Below are positions 8,925-19,085 of a stretch of DNA of 64,000 nucleotides, piece by piece. Origin of the DNA: an uncultured Gemmatimonadales bacterium (GTDB taxonomy: Bacteria > Gemmatimonadota > Gemmatimonadetes > Gemmatimonadales > GWC2-71-9); the NCBI GenBank assembly GCA_963730185.1, contig CAVSQW010000008.1, positions 64,001 through 128,000 on the forward strand. The letters run 5' to 3'. The position numbers and the translations under genes were made by a program. How positions within the stretch are numbered: position 1 is the stretch's first letter; every line of letters begins with the position of its first letter. The notes beneath the pieces are model-generated. The model did not search any database, had not been told where the DNA came from, and saw nothing but the letters and a program-made list of their open reading frames with translations.

Positions 8925-9641
8925 GTGACCATGCCCACTCGCCGCCGCACCACCGCCTCGCCGAGCTCGGCCCCGGCGCCGGGTCCCGCCCTCCCTTCCG
9001 TGTACAGCAACGAGTCCGGTCGCATCTACCACCTCGTGCGTCTCATTGGGAAAGGCGGCTTCGGCGAGATCTACCTGGCCACGCCGAGCCCGCGCGCCAC
9101 GCTCCCGGAGCGGGTCTGCGTCAAGGTCTCCCATTGGATGACCGGATGGCTCCGCGAGGCCTACTTCGCCCAGCTCCTGGACCGGCACCCGCGGGCCCTC
9201 AAGGTGTTCGACCGGTTCGTCGAGGCCGGCGTGGCCCGGAGCCGGTACTGCCTGGTGATGGAGTACGCCGAGCACGCCGCGCTCCGGCGGCCTCCCAAGG
9301 CGCTGCCTTCGGGTCGGGTTCGCAGTCTGAAGGGCCGGCGGGTGTCGTTCACGGGGTTCCTGAGCCGGCCCCGCCGTGAGGCCGCGGCCTTGGCCAAGCG
9401 GGCGGGCGCGATCGTGCAAGGAAGTCCCGGCCCCTCGACCGACGTGCTGGTCCGCGGCCGACCCAACGCCCAGCAGGCGGCGGGCGAGGCCGCGGGGCTC
9501 AAGCTGATGGAGATCCGCCGGCAGGCCGCCCGGGGCCACAAGATCACCGTCATCGGCGAGGCGCAGTTCTGGAAGCTGGTGACGCCGGCGGCCGGGGCCC
9601 GGCGGCGTGGAACTCCCGCTCGAGCTCCCCGAGCCCGCTGA
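8925..9641 (+). CDS. Protein kinase N-lobe fused directly to a BRCT domain (kinase C-lobe absent)
   Basis: IGKGGFGEIY, VCVK and LVMEY are followed by BRCT-like LKGRRVSFTGFL...AGAIV...TDVLVRG...VIGEAQFWKLV. No HRD or DFG motif. Confidence 0.7.
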   Translation: MTMPTRRRTTASPSSAPAPGPALPSVYSNESGRIYHLVRLIGKGGFGEIYLATPSPRATLPERVCVKVSHWMTGWLREAYFAQLLDRHPRALKVFDRFVEAGVARSRYCLVMEYAEHAALRRPPKALPSGRVRSLKGRRVSFTGFLSRPRREAAALAKRAGAIVQGSPGPSTDVLVRGRPNAQQAAGEAAGLKLMEIRRQAARGHKITVIGEAQFWKLVTPAAGARRRGTPARAPRAR

Positions 9642-9703
9642 GCCGGCCCACCCCGGGCCCGCTGAGCCGGCCCACCCCGGGCCCGCTGAGCCGGCCCACC
9701 CGG
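9633..9703 (+). repeat. 24-bp tandem repeat, about 3 copies
   Basis: GCCCGCTGAGCCGGCCCACCCCGG at 9633 and 9657, plus a 23-nt copy at 9681. The first unit spans the stop codon of the kinase-BRCT ORF. Confidence 0.9.
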
Positions 9704-9808
9704 GCCGCCCGGGCCCGTTTTCGGATTCGGAGCGCGGGGGGTACTTTCCGGAGGGATCGGGCATCCTGCTGGCGGCCCGTCCTCTCCTTCCTCAAACCCG
9801 GCGCTGCC

Positions 9809-11002
9809 ATGACCGACCGACCCTCCCGTCGTGCTGGCTGGTCCATTCTCCTCGAGATCCTGGGGCTCGTCGCCGCCGTCCTGATCGCGTTCGAGGTCGG
9901 GAGCCGGGCCGGCCACTCGGAACCGGCTCGCGCGGCCTCGAGCGATTCAGCGAAGACATCGACGGTCCTCGGCCTGCCGGAGGGAGCCGAACGCCTGGCC
10001 GATCGTCCCGGCTGGACCCCGCCCGCCAAGGTCGTGGTTCAGGACCTCTGGCCGGGACGGACGGCCGAGATCGCTCGGGTGGCGCCGGGAGTGCGGGTGG
10101 TGGTGACGGCGACCGATTCGGCCTTCCGAGCCGAGATCGTGGATGCCGATGCGGCCTTGGGCTGGGTGGACCGCACGGCCTGGGAGCGCGCCAAGAAGCT
10201 CCGGTGGGTCCAGGCTCCTTCCGCGGGCATCGGAGGGTATCTCGCCCTTCCCGGGATGAAAGAAGGCGACGTGGTGCTCACCAACGCCCAGCGGATCTAC
10301 GCGGAGGGCGGCGGCGAGCACGTGATGGCGATGGCACTGGCGTTGGCTCGGCGCCTGCCCCAGGCTCTGGAGCTCCAGCGGGCCCACCGTTGGGACTACG
10401 AAGGGCAATCGGGCGCCGCGGATCGCTCCGGGAGTGCGACCAAGATGGTGGAGCTCCACGGCAAGACCCTGCTGGTGGCTGGATTGGGCGGGATCGGCAC
10501 CGAGGTGGCCCGAATCGGCAAGGGACTCGGGATGCGGGTCGTCGCCACCCGGAACTCGGGACGCTCCGGACCGCCCTTCGTGGACTACGTCGGTCTCTCC
10601 GACGAGCTGCCCAAGCTGGCCGCGGAGGCCGACGTGGTCGTCGACTGCCTGCCGCTCACCTCGGCGACGGCGGGGGTGTTCGACCAGCAGCTGTTCGATG
10701 CGATGAAGCCGGGGGCCTACTTCGTGAACATCGGGCGAGGGGGGACCGTCGTGACGGACGCCCTGGTCCGGGCCCTCCAAAGCCACCGGCTGGGCGGCGC
10801 CGGCCTCGACGTCACCGATCCCGAGCCCTTGCCCGCCGACCATCCCCTCTGGGGCCTGCCGAACGTGATCATCACCCCGCACAGCGGCGGCGATTCCGAC
10901 GGGCAACAGGAGCGGCTCTGGCAGCTCTTCGAGGAGAACCTGCGCCGCTTCGCGGCCGGCGACCGGCTGCTCTCGGTGGTCGACAAGGCGCGCGGTTACT
11001 GA
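9809..11002 (+). CDS. D-2-hydroxyacid dehydrogenase family protein with N-terminal export/anchor segment
   Basis: GLGGIG Rossmann motif, FVNIGRG, GAGLDVTDPEPLP and ITPH; N-terminal SRR followed by a hydrophobic helix. Confidence 0.85.
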   Translation: MTDRPSRRAGWSILLEILGLVAAVLIAFEVGSRAGHSEPARAASSDSAKTSTVLGLPEGAERLADRPGWTPPAKVVVQDLWPGRTAEIARVAPGVRVVVTATDSAFRAEIVDADAALGWVDRTAWERAKKLRWVQAPSAGIGGYLALPGMKEGDVVLTNAQRIYAEGGGEHVMAMALALARRLPQALELQRAHRWDYEGQSGAADRSGSATKMVELHGKTLLVAGLGGIGTEVARIGKGLGMRVVATRNSGRSGPPFVDYVGLSDELPKLAAEADVVVDCLPLTSATAGVFDQQLFDAMKPGAYFVNIGRGGTVVTDALVRALQSHRLGGAGLDVTDPEPLPADHPLWGLPNVIITPHSGGDSDGQQERLWQLFEENLRRFAAGDRLLSVVDKARGY

Positions 11003-11012
11003 CTCCCCGCGC

Positions 11013-13116
11013 CTAACGCGGGATCACCGGCAGCGTGACCGACGACGGATGCTCGGCGTCGTGCACGACCCGCTGGTGCGCCACCACGAAGGTGCTGTCG
11101 CGCTCGTTGTTCCCGCCGGTGTTGAGGTTGCGGTCGTACTTCGGGAAGAGCGCCGACGACACCGCGACCCGAAGCCGATGGCCCGTCGGAAACACCTTCG
11201 ACGTGAACCAGAGATCGATGTCGTACTGCCTCCACCGAGCCGGGGGTGAGGAGCAGGGGCCGGTCGCCCCCATGCCGGAATCGCGCTCGCGCCACCCCGT
11301 CCTGCACCCGCTCGGCGCGCCCGTCGGGAAACACGTCCAGCAGCATCACGTACCAGTCGGTGTCGCGGGCGTCGGTCGCGGCCCAGAGGGTGGCCCGCAT
11401 CGGGCCGGTCACCTCGATCGGCCGGGTGAGCGGCGCCGAGGTGAACACCAGGAGGTCGCGACGGGACGCCTCGACCCCGGAGAAGTCCTCGTTGAGCGAG
11501 GTCTCGAGCTCCCTCGAGTCGATCAAATAGGGGGTCGGGTCGGCCGGATCGTAGGTGAAGGTGTCGGCCGGGGCGCCGGCCGGTGGGAGGCTGTCGAGCC
11601 GGCCATTCCCCGCGCTGCCGTTGGCGCCGCCGTCCGAGGCCAGGAACCAGCGGGTCGGACGGGCGCGGGCCAGGGGCCAGGCGTCTTCCTTGCGCCAGGC
11701 GTTGTCGCCCATGATGAAGAAGTCGAACGGCGGCTCCCGGTCCACGCCGTTGTCCTTCCCCAGGAGATAGTGGTCGAACCAGCGGAGCTGGAGCTTCCGG
11801 GTGTCGACCCGGGCCTCGGGTCCGAAGTCGCCCGCGACGTAGTCGACCCCGCGGTGGGCGCCGGGTCCCATCACCAGGCGGATCGGTGGGTGGCCGGGTA
11901 CCCGGCTCAGGGCGGCGGTGTAGTCGATCGGGCCGCGGGAGTCGTCGTACCAACCCGAGATCTGGAGGACCGGGGCTTTGACCTTCGCGATGAAGGTCGT
12001 GACCGCGTGGGCCCGCCAGTAGGCGTCGAGGTTGGGGTGCGCGATCCAGCGGTCCCAGAGGCCCACGTCGCCGCAGCCGAGCGTCTGGGGCAGGTCGGAG
12101 AGCGGGAGGTGCATGAGCGCCGGTCCGATGGCCAGGTCGTCGATGTCCTCGAGGGTCCGGCTCCGCATCAGGCAGGCCCAGGCCACGTCGATCGGCGAGA
12201 AGACCATGTCCTCGTAGGGCACGATCCGCCAGGGGTCGCCGGTCGCGGCCGACGGAGCGATCGCGGCCAGGTGGGGCGGGGCGCTCACCGCCGCGTACCA
12301 GGCCAGCCGGCCTTCGTCCGAATGCCCGATCAGTCCGACCTTGCCGTTGGCGCCCGGGAGCCGAGCCGCCCATTCCACGGCGTCGTAGCCGTCGGTGACG
12401 TCGTGATCGTAGTCGCCGAAGTCGTGGGTGGCCCCGTCGGAGCGGTCTCGGCCCCGGACGTGCTGGGCCACGTAGAGGTAACCGCGTGAGGCCCAGTACC
12501 GGCCGGCGGGCCGGGTCAGGCGGACATACGGGGTCCTGAGCATCACCACCCCGAAGGGTCCCGGCCCGACCGGCCGGGCAACGTAGCTCACCAGCCGGGC
12601 GCCGTCCCGGGTGGTCATGAACACGGCGGTGTCCTCGGTCACGGCGAACGCCGAGTCGGAGACCGGGCCCGGCCAGGGGCTGGTCGCCTGCTCCACCTGG
12701 AACGGTGTGGCGCGCCGGACCAGGCGGACTCGGCGGCCGGCCGGCCGGCCGGCCTCGAGCAGGACGCCGACCAGGGTGTCGCCGTGCCAGGCGGCAGCCA
12801 CGCCCTGGTCGCCTGGGCCTCCCAGGCGAACCGAGTCACCCTGGGTCGCAACTCGGGAGACGGTGACGATCGGCTCGCCGGTGCGGCGGCGGATGGCGCC
12901 CAGGGCGCCCGAGTCGCCGGGCTCGAAATGAGCGAAGCCCATCCGCCGCCAGCCCTCGAAGCCGGTTTGGGGGGCGCTGCCTCGCGCGAAGTAGGCGTCC
13001 CAATCGCCGACGAGCGACGCCGACGGGGTCGGCGCGGGCGCACAGGCGGCGGCGCCCCAAGTGAGGATCGCCGCCCAGCGGAGCGGGCGGCCAGGGCGGC
13101 CCTGGCGGTGGGTCAT
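11013..13116 (-). CDS. CocE/NonD family hydrolase, lipoprotein-like; one frameshift near 11235
   Basis: RTPY, VRGRDRSDG, DGYDAVEW, GHSDEG and GWYD; the C-terminal PepX_C-type domain continues in ORF 11013..11273 (GHRLRVAVSSALFPKYDRNLNTG). Confidence 0.85.
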
Positions 13117-13208
13117 GGGTGCGGGTTCCGTGAAGGATGCCGGTAGCGTCAGAGGCGATCGAGGCGCCTCGATCGTGCTTCAGTAGTCTCAAGATAATAG
13201 GCGCCCCG

Positions 13209-13233
13209 AAACGTGACTTTGGAAATCACATTT
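13209..13233. promoter_or_regulatory. Palindromic motif copy 2
   Basis: AAACGTGACTTTGGAAATCACATTT, about 95 bp upstream of the CocE start. Confidence 0.5.
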
Positions 13234-13273
13234 GTCCCCACCCGACTGGTCTCGTGTGGCGGGCTCCGTCGCG

Positions 13274-14413
13274 CTATTTCCCGATCTTCCGGTGCCAGGC
13301 GGCCAGCAGCTCGGCCTCTTTCTCGGGCGCCAACCCGAACCGGAGCCGCCGGGAGTTGGGCGCCTTGGGCGGACGCGACTTGTACTCGGCGATGATGTCG
13401 CGCGCCGTGTCGGCCAGCGGCCGGAAGGTGAGCCCCGCCGCGATCGCCTTCGCGGCGCTCATCTGGGCGAAGCCCTTGCCACCCGGCTCGAACATCGGCG
13501 GCTGCTGGTAGTCGTCGCGCGGCGGCCACCAGATCGGGAGGTCGGTCCAGGGCAGCACCTTCTGCTCGGCCAGCCAGTCGGCGTCCACCCAGGTGAACTT
13601 GACCGGCGAGCTCGTCACCGCCCGGATCCCGTAGAGGAACTCGCCCCAGCCCATTGGACTCGCGGGGCCCATGATGTTGAAGGTCCCGTTGATGTCCTCC
13701 TCGATCGACTTGATCACGAACCGGCCGAGGTCCTCGGGGTCGATGTACTGGGTGGGATCGTCCGGGGTGCCGGGCGCCAGCACCTCGCCGCCCCGGTCGA
13801 TCCGCATCGGCCAGTACGACGAGATGTCGTTGTAGTCGCCGGCGCCGATGATCCAGCCCGGCCGGAGAATGGTGTGCCGGCCGGCGTAGGTGGTGCGCAC
13901 CGTCTGCTCGCAGATGGCCTTGAAGGCGCCGTAGTGCTTGGAGGCGTCTTCCGAGGTCGGATCGTCGAGCACGTCGAGCGGCGCGTTCTCGTCGAGCCCC
14001 ACCTGGGAGAAGCTGGCGTAGGCGTCGCCGCTCGAGATGAAGACGTAGCGGTGGACCTCACCGGCCAGCAGGTCGACCGAGTCCTTCACCACCCGGGGGA
14101 TGTAGCCCGAGGTGTCGATCACCGCGTCCCATTTCCGGCCCTTGAGCACGCCGAGCCCTCCGTCCCGGTCGCCGACCAGCTTCTCGACGTTGGGGAAGAG
14201 GCCGGGGTTGGTACGACCCCGGTTGAAGAGGGTGACCTGGTGCCCGCGGGCTTGGGCCAGACGCACCATGTGGGGACCGATGAAGCCGGTGCCGCCGATG
14301 AACAGGATCCGGAGCGGGGCTCGGATCGCCCGGCGGGGCAGGAGTCGGCCGGCGGGGAAGGCGAGGGCCGCGAAGCCGGTCGCCTGCAGGAGGTCGCGTC
14401 TCGTGATGGCCAT
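13274..14413 (-). CDS. NAD-dependent epimerase/dehydratase (atypical SDR) with Tat-like signal
   Basis: MAITRRDLLQ leader; GGTGFIG, TLFNRG, YGAFK (YxxxK) and LRPG. Confidence 0.85.
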   Translation of the reverse strand: MAITRRDLLQATGFAALAFPAGRLLPRRAIRAPLRILFIGGTGFIGPHMVRLAQARGHQVTLFNRGRTNPGLFPNVEKLVGDRDGGLGVLKGRKWDAVIDTSGYIPRVVKDSVDLLAGEVHRYVFISSGDAYASFSQVGLDENAPLDVLDDPTSEDASKHYGAFKAICEQTVRTTYAGRHTILRPGWIIGAGDYNDISSYWPMRIDRGGEVLAPGTPDDPTQYIDPEDLGRFVIKSIEEDINGTFNIMGPASPMGWGEFLYGIRAVTSSPVKFTWVDADWLAEQKVLPWTDLPIWWPPRDDYQQPPMFEPGGKGFAQMSAAKAIAAGLTFRPLADTARDIIAEYKSRPPKAPNSRRLRFGLAPEKEAELLAAWHRKIGK

Positions 14414-14520
14414 GGGACTAGGGATTAGGGAGTAGGGAACGCGCCCGGTTTCGCGTCTAACGAACGCCAAGTGGACTGGCGGGCGCAAGCTGGGGTTGCT
14501 GGGCAGTTCGTATCGATCCG

Positions 14521-14547
14521 CAATTGTGACTTTGAAAGTCACAATTG
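14521..14547. promoter_or_regulatory. Palindromic motif copy 3 (perfect 13-bp arms)
   Basis: CAATTGTGACTTT-G-AAAGTCACAATTG, between divergent genes. Confidence 0.65.
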
Positions 14548-14705
14548 CCCCAGCCCGGAGACCCACCTACTGCGGCCGAGCGTGCCGCTGGCGCGTGAGC
14601 CGATCGTCCTCTAGTTTCGCGCGATACCGATGCGTCGCGCCGCTGGGCGGTCAAGCCTCCCAGCCGCGTTCACGGGGGTCGCCCCCGATACCCGGAGAGC
14701 AACCA

Positions 14706-15712
14706 GTGGCCATTCGCGTGCTGCACTTCGGGCTGGGACCAATCGGGGTGGCGGGCTGCGGCAGGTCGCCAACCGCGCGGCTTCAAGGTGGTGAGGGCGT
14801 GGACATCGATCCCGGCAAGGCCGGACGGGACCTCGGCGACGTCGCCGACCTGGGCAAGCCGGCTCCGCGTCAAGGTGGGCGACGACAGCACCGCGAAGAC
14901 GATCGGGAAGACGAAGCCCGACGTGGTGGCCCTCTGCACGAGCTCGTCGCTAGGGACCGTGGTGCGGCAGCTCGAGGCAGCTTCAAGGCGAAGGACGCCG
15001 ATGGTCTCGACCACCGAGGAGCTGGCCTATCCCTGGTACTCCAACCGGCGGCACGCGCGAGCGGATCGACGCCGTGGCCAAGGCCGCCAAGGTCGCGGTG
15101 GTGGGCACCGGGCGTGAACCCAGGCTTCACGATGGACGCCCTGCCGATCGCGCTCACGGCGGTCTGCGAGCGAGTGGAGTGCGATCCACGTCGACCGGGT
15201 CCAGGACGCGAGCAGCCGGCGGCTGCCGTTCCAGCAGAAGATCGGCGCCGGCCTGACGACCGAGACAGTTCCAGGCGAGGGTCGCGACGCCCGCAGCGTC
15301 CGGCACGTCGGGCTTGACCGAGTCGATCGCGATGATCGCCGACGCGATGGGCTGGAAGCTCGAGCGGATCACGGACGAGATCCGCCGAAGATCGCGGAGG
15401 CCCGAACGTCGAGCGAGTTCCTGACGGTGGAGCCGGGTCTAGGTCTGCGGCATCATCCAGGACGGCGTGGGCTACCGCGACGGCGAGCCGATCCTCACCC
15501 TCCACATGGAGGCGTACTCGGCGCCGCCGGAGTCGTACGACGCCGTCAAGGTCGTCGGCTCACCCATGCTCCACTCCAAGATCGCGGGCGGGGTGCACGG
15601 TGACATTGCCACCGCCTCGATCACCGTCAACACGATGCCCGCCGTGCTGGAGGCCAGACCCGGTCTCCATACCATGCGGAGCCTGAGGCTACCGTCCTAC
15701 TTCCCGGGGTGA
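14706..15712 (+). CDS. DapB-like / 2,4-diaminopentanoate dehydrogenase-like oxidoreductase, broken by many frameshifts (probably sequencing indels)
   Basis: Fragments in successive frames: IRVLHFGLGPIG, VSTTEELAYPW, GVNPGFTMDALP, RRLPFQQKIGAGL, HVGLTESIAMIA and GGVHGDIATASITVN. Confidence 0.7.
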
Positions 15713-15763
15713 GCTTCGACCGGCGCCGGGAATCCGGGCCGGCGGAGCCGGGTCGGGGAGGGC

Positions 15764-17336
15764 CTACTGCCGGCTGATCGCCGACCGCCCTCCCCGGAGC
15801 ACGTACTTCTGCACCTTGCCGGTCGCGGTCTTCGGCAGCTCCGGCACCATGGTGAAGCTCTTCGGCACCTTGAAGCGCGCCATGTTGGCCCGGGCGTACT
15901 CCCGGAGCCCCTCGTCGGTCGCCTCGGCACCGGCCCGGAGCACCACGAAGGCGTGCGGCGCCTCGCCCCACTGCTCGTGCGGCAGGCCCACCACCGCCAC
16001 TTCCTGCGACCGCCGGGTGGCGGAGCAGGATCCCCTCCACCTCGACCGACGAGATGTTCTCGCCCCCGCTGATGATCACGTCCTTGAGCCGGTCGCGGAT
16101 CTCCGCGTAGCCGTCGGGATGGACCACGGCGGCGTCGCCGGTGTGCATCCAGCCGCCCAGCAGGGCGCGCTCGGTGGCGTCCGGGTCCTCGTAGTAACCC
16201 AGCATCACCACGTTGCCGCGGACCACGATCTCGCCTAACGTCGCCCCGTCGTGGGCCACCTCGTTCCCCGACTCGTCCACCACCAAGAGCTCGCCCGAGG
16301 TCACCAGCTCCACCCCCTGACGGGCCTTGAGGTCGGCCCGGTCCCGGAGGGAGAGCGCGTCGTGCTCCGGCAGCGGCTCGCAGATGGTGATGAACGGCGC
16401 CGTCTCCGTCATCCCGTAGACCTGGGTCACGGTCCAGCCCAGCTCGCCCTCGATCCGCTCGATCGTCGCGGCGGCCGGTGGGGCGCCGGCGGTGAACACC
16501 TGGACCCCGGGCCGGGCCCGTTTCCGGACCTCGTCGGGGGCGTGGGCCAGCCCGATCAGCACGGTCGGCGCGGCGCAGAGCGTAGTGATCCCTTCCCGCG
16601 CGACCAGGTCGTACACCGCGGCCGGGTCGACCTTCCGAAGGCAGACGTGGGTCCCGCCCACCGCGGTCACGATCCACACGAAGGTCCAGCCGTTCGCGTG
16701 GAACATCGGCAGGGTCCAGAGATACCGGTCCCGGACGCTCATGTGGTGATGGATCAGCGTGCCGACCGCGTTGAGGTAGGCGTTCCGGTGGGTGATCATC
16801 ACGCCCTTGGGGCGCGAGGTGGTGCCGCTGGTGTAGTTGATGGTGATCAGATCGTTCTCGTCGATCGGGGGCCGCTCGAAGGCCGGCGGGGTCTCGGCCA
16901 GGGTCTTCTCGTAGTCGATCCAGCCGTCCCGGGCGCCCTCCAGCGCGACGTAGTGCTCGACCGTGGGGATCCGGTTCCGGATCTCCTCGATCATCCCGAG
17001 GTAGTCGCGGTGGGCGCAGACCACGCTGCACCCCGAGTGGGCGATGATGTAGGCGAAGTCGTCGGCGGTGAGCCGGTAATTGATCGGGACCAGGACCGCG
17101 CCGATCTGCGGCACGGCGTAGAACGACTCCAGCTGGGCGTGGGTGTTCGGGGCGATGTAGGCGACCCGGTCTTTCGGCTTCACCCCGAGCCGCTGGAGCG
17201 CGGCCGACCAGCGGTCCGAGCGGTCGAAGAATTGTTCGTAGGTGAGTCGGAGATCGCCGTCGACCACCGCTTCTCGCTGCCCGTAGAGCCGGCGGGCGCG
17301 GCGGGCGAACTCCATCGGGGTAAGAGGGATTTCCAT
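15764..17336 (-). CDS. Acyl-CoA synthetase (AMP-binding family); frameshift near 16005
   Basis: YTSGTTSRPKG, YGMTE, TGDAA and RLKDVIISGGENI; the C-terminal PKTATGKVQK is in ORF 15764..16000. Confidence 0.9.
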
Positions 17337-17669
17337 GGCGGCTCCGTCAGGGGGCGCAAGGAGTCGGGCCCGCGCCAGGAGAATCGGTCGGGCCGTCAGC
17401 AGCGATGGCAGTGGGGCGGCTGGCGTTGGCATCCCGCCGTCCCGATCGATGTCAGATGCTACCCGAGAAACCGCGAAATGGCGAGCGAGTCGGGCCGCGT
17501 CACGGCACTGCATCCTTCTTCGGGTCGATCCGTCCAGTCCGAGGATTCCCAGCCTGGAGCGGCCTTCGCACTGGCTTCACGTCCCCTTCAAGAGCCCTCG
17601 CCAACTTCTCGATCAATCCACGCAGTAGGTCCATTCCCGCCGTCCCGAAGGCCCATCCGAGGAGGGAAG

Positions 17670-19085
17670 ATGACCCTCGCACCGGTCACCCGCCCCAGCG
17701 CCGCCGGCCTCTTTCACGACCTCGATGCCCGGTGGGAGCGCTGGTACGCCGACACGTACGGCTCGCCCACGCCGGACGCTCCCCTGGCGACCCCGGCGAT
17801 CGAGGCCACGCCGGCGGGACTCGAGCAGGAGATCTTCGTCAAGGCCTGTCTGCTGGCGGACGGCGTTCGGCTCGACCCCTCCGTGCTGACGGGCGTCGCC
17901 ACGGCGTACCGGGAGCAGTCCCGCTGGCTCTTCGACTGGAACCAGGGCGAGCACGAGTACTACCTGCCCGAGGAGATCCTCCTGCCGATGGACACCATCG
18001 TCCAGGTGCGGGAGAATCGGGACTCGCGCTGGCTCTGCACCGTCGAGGACGGGACGATGGTACTGAAGCGAGACGGCGCCTTCGTGATGGAGTGCCGGCA
18101 TCTTCCCCGGCCCCGCTACTACTCGCTCGAGGCGTCGCCCGGGGTCATCATGCGACGGGTGGCGCCCAAGCGAGGGCAGGACTGCCTGGTCCTCAACTAC
18201 GCGCCCTTCTGCATGTACTGGAGCCACGACCAGGGGTGCCGGTTCTGCAACATCGTGCCCAACATGCAGTGGACCAAGGACGACCTCCAGGTCTCCAAGC
18301 GGACCCGGGAGCAGATCGTCGCGACCACCCGAGCGGCGTTCGCCGAGGGAACGGTGCGGCACATCCTCCTGACCGGCGGCTACCTGAACCGGCGGGTCAA
18401 CGCCGCGGGCCAGGAGGTGGACCGGGAGGACGAGACGGTGCTCACCGTGATCGGGGCGATGCAGGAGGCGCTCGGCCGGCACGACATCCCGGTCAACGTG
18501 ATCCGCACCGCGCCGGAGGACGAGGACCTCAAGAGCATCGAGGCCCACAAGGCGGCGGGCGTTCATTCCGTCGCCTACAACCTCGAGGTCTGGGACCCGG
18601 TGCTCTTCGGGTACTTCTGCCCCGGGAAGGCCGGCGTCCAGGGGCGGGCCCATTGGCTCCGGGCGCTGGAAATGGCAGCCGAGGTCTACGGGCCCGGACG
18701 GGTGAGCACCCACCTGGTGACCGGGTTCATGGAGCCGCCGGAAAGCATCCTCGAAGGGGTGGAGTGGCTCTCCTCCCGCGGGATCGCCACCATCCCGCTC
18801 ATCTGGAGCCCGGTGCCGGGCACCCGCTACGACCAGTTCCGGGCGCCGCGGCCCGAGTGGTTCGTCGAGATGGCGGGGAAGATCGCCGACATTCGTCTCG
18901 AGCACGGGGTGGACGCGTTCGAGCCGGCCGCGCTGCCGAACGACTGCCCCCACTGCGCGATGCCGAGCCTGATCGCGGACGAGCTCCGGCGGCGGAAGCT
19001 GGAGCGGGAGCGGGTCAGAGGTGCGAGCGGGAGTCGATCGGTTGAGGCGCCGACGGATCAGGTCCAGACGACCGGGACCCGGTAG
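17670..19085 (+). CDS. Radical SAM protein with non-canonical CX8CX2C motif
   Basis: CMYWSHDQGCRFC, LLTGG, YNLEVWD...CPGK and C-terminal CPHC; GGAGGG RBS before the ATG at 17670. Confidence 0.8.
   Translation: MTLAPVTRPSAAGLFHDLDARWERWYADTYGSPTPDAPLATPAIEATPAGLEQEIFVKACLLADGVRLDPSVLTGVATAYREQSRWLFDWNQGEHEYYLPEEILLPMDTIVQVRENRDSRWLCTVEDGTMVLKRDGAFVMECRHLPRPRYYSLEASPGVIMRRVAPKRGQDCLVLNYAPFCMYWSHDQGCRFCNIVPNMQWTKDDLQVSKRTREQIVATTRAAFAEGTVRHILLTGGYLNRRVNAAGQEVDREDETVLTVIGAMQEALGRHDIPVNVIRTAPEDEDLKSIEAHKAAGVHSVAYNLEVWDPVLFGYFCPGKAGVQGRAHWLRALEMAAEVYGPGRVSTHLVTGFMEPPESILEGVEWLSSRGIATIPLIWSPVPGTRYDQFRAPRPEWFVEMAGKIADIRLEHGVDAFEPAALPNDCPHCAMPSLIADELRRRKLERERVRGASGSRSVEAPTDQVQTTGTR

Noticed and set aside
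9633..9703. Repeats as a mini CRISPR array
   Set aside because: The units are head-to-tail with no spacers, and there are no cas genes.
14455..14680. TCTAAC-starting stretch as an integron attC site
   Set aside because: No matching GTTRRRY end forming a bottom-strand hairpin, no cassette array and no integron integrase.
17540..17620. Minus-strand ATCGAGAAG...GAGGG...TGAAGCC as a SAM-I riboswitch
   Set aside because: It lacks the CTGGCCC loop pairing and the GCAAC/GTGC core; it reads better as a scrap of an HTH-type ORF (LIEKLARALE).
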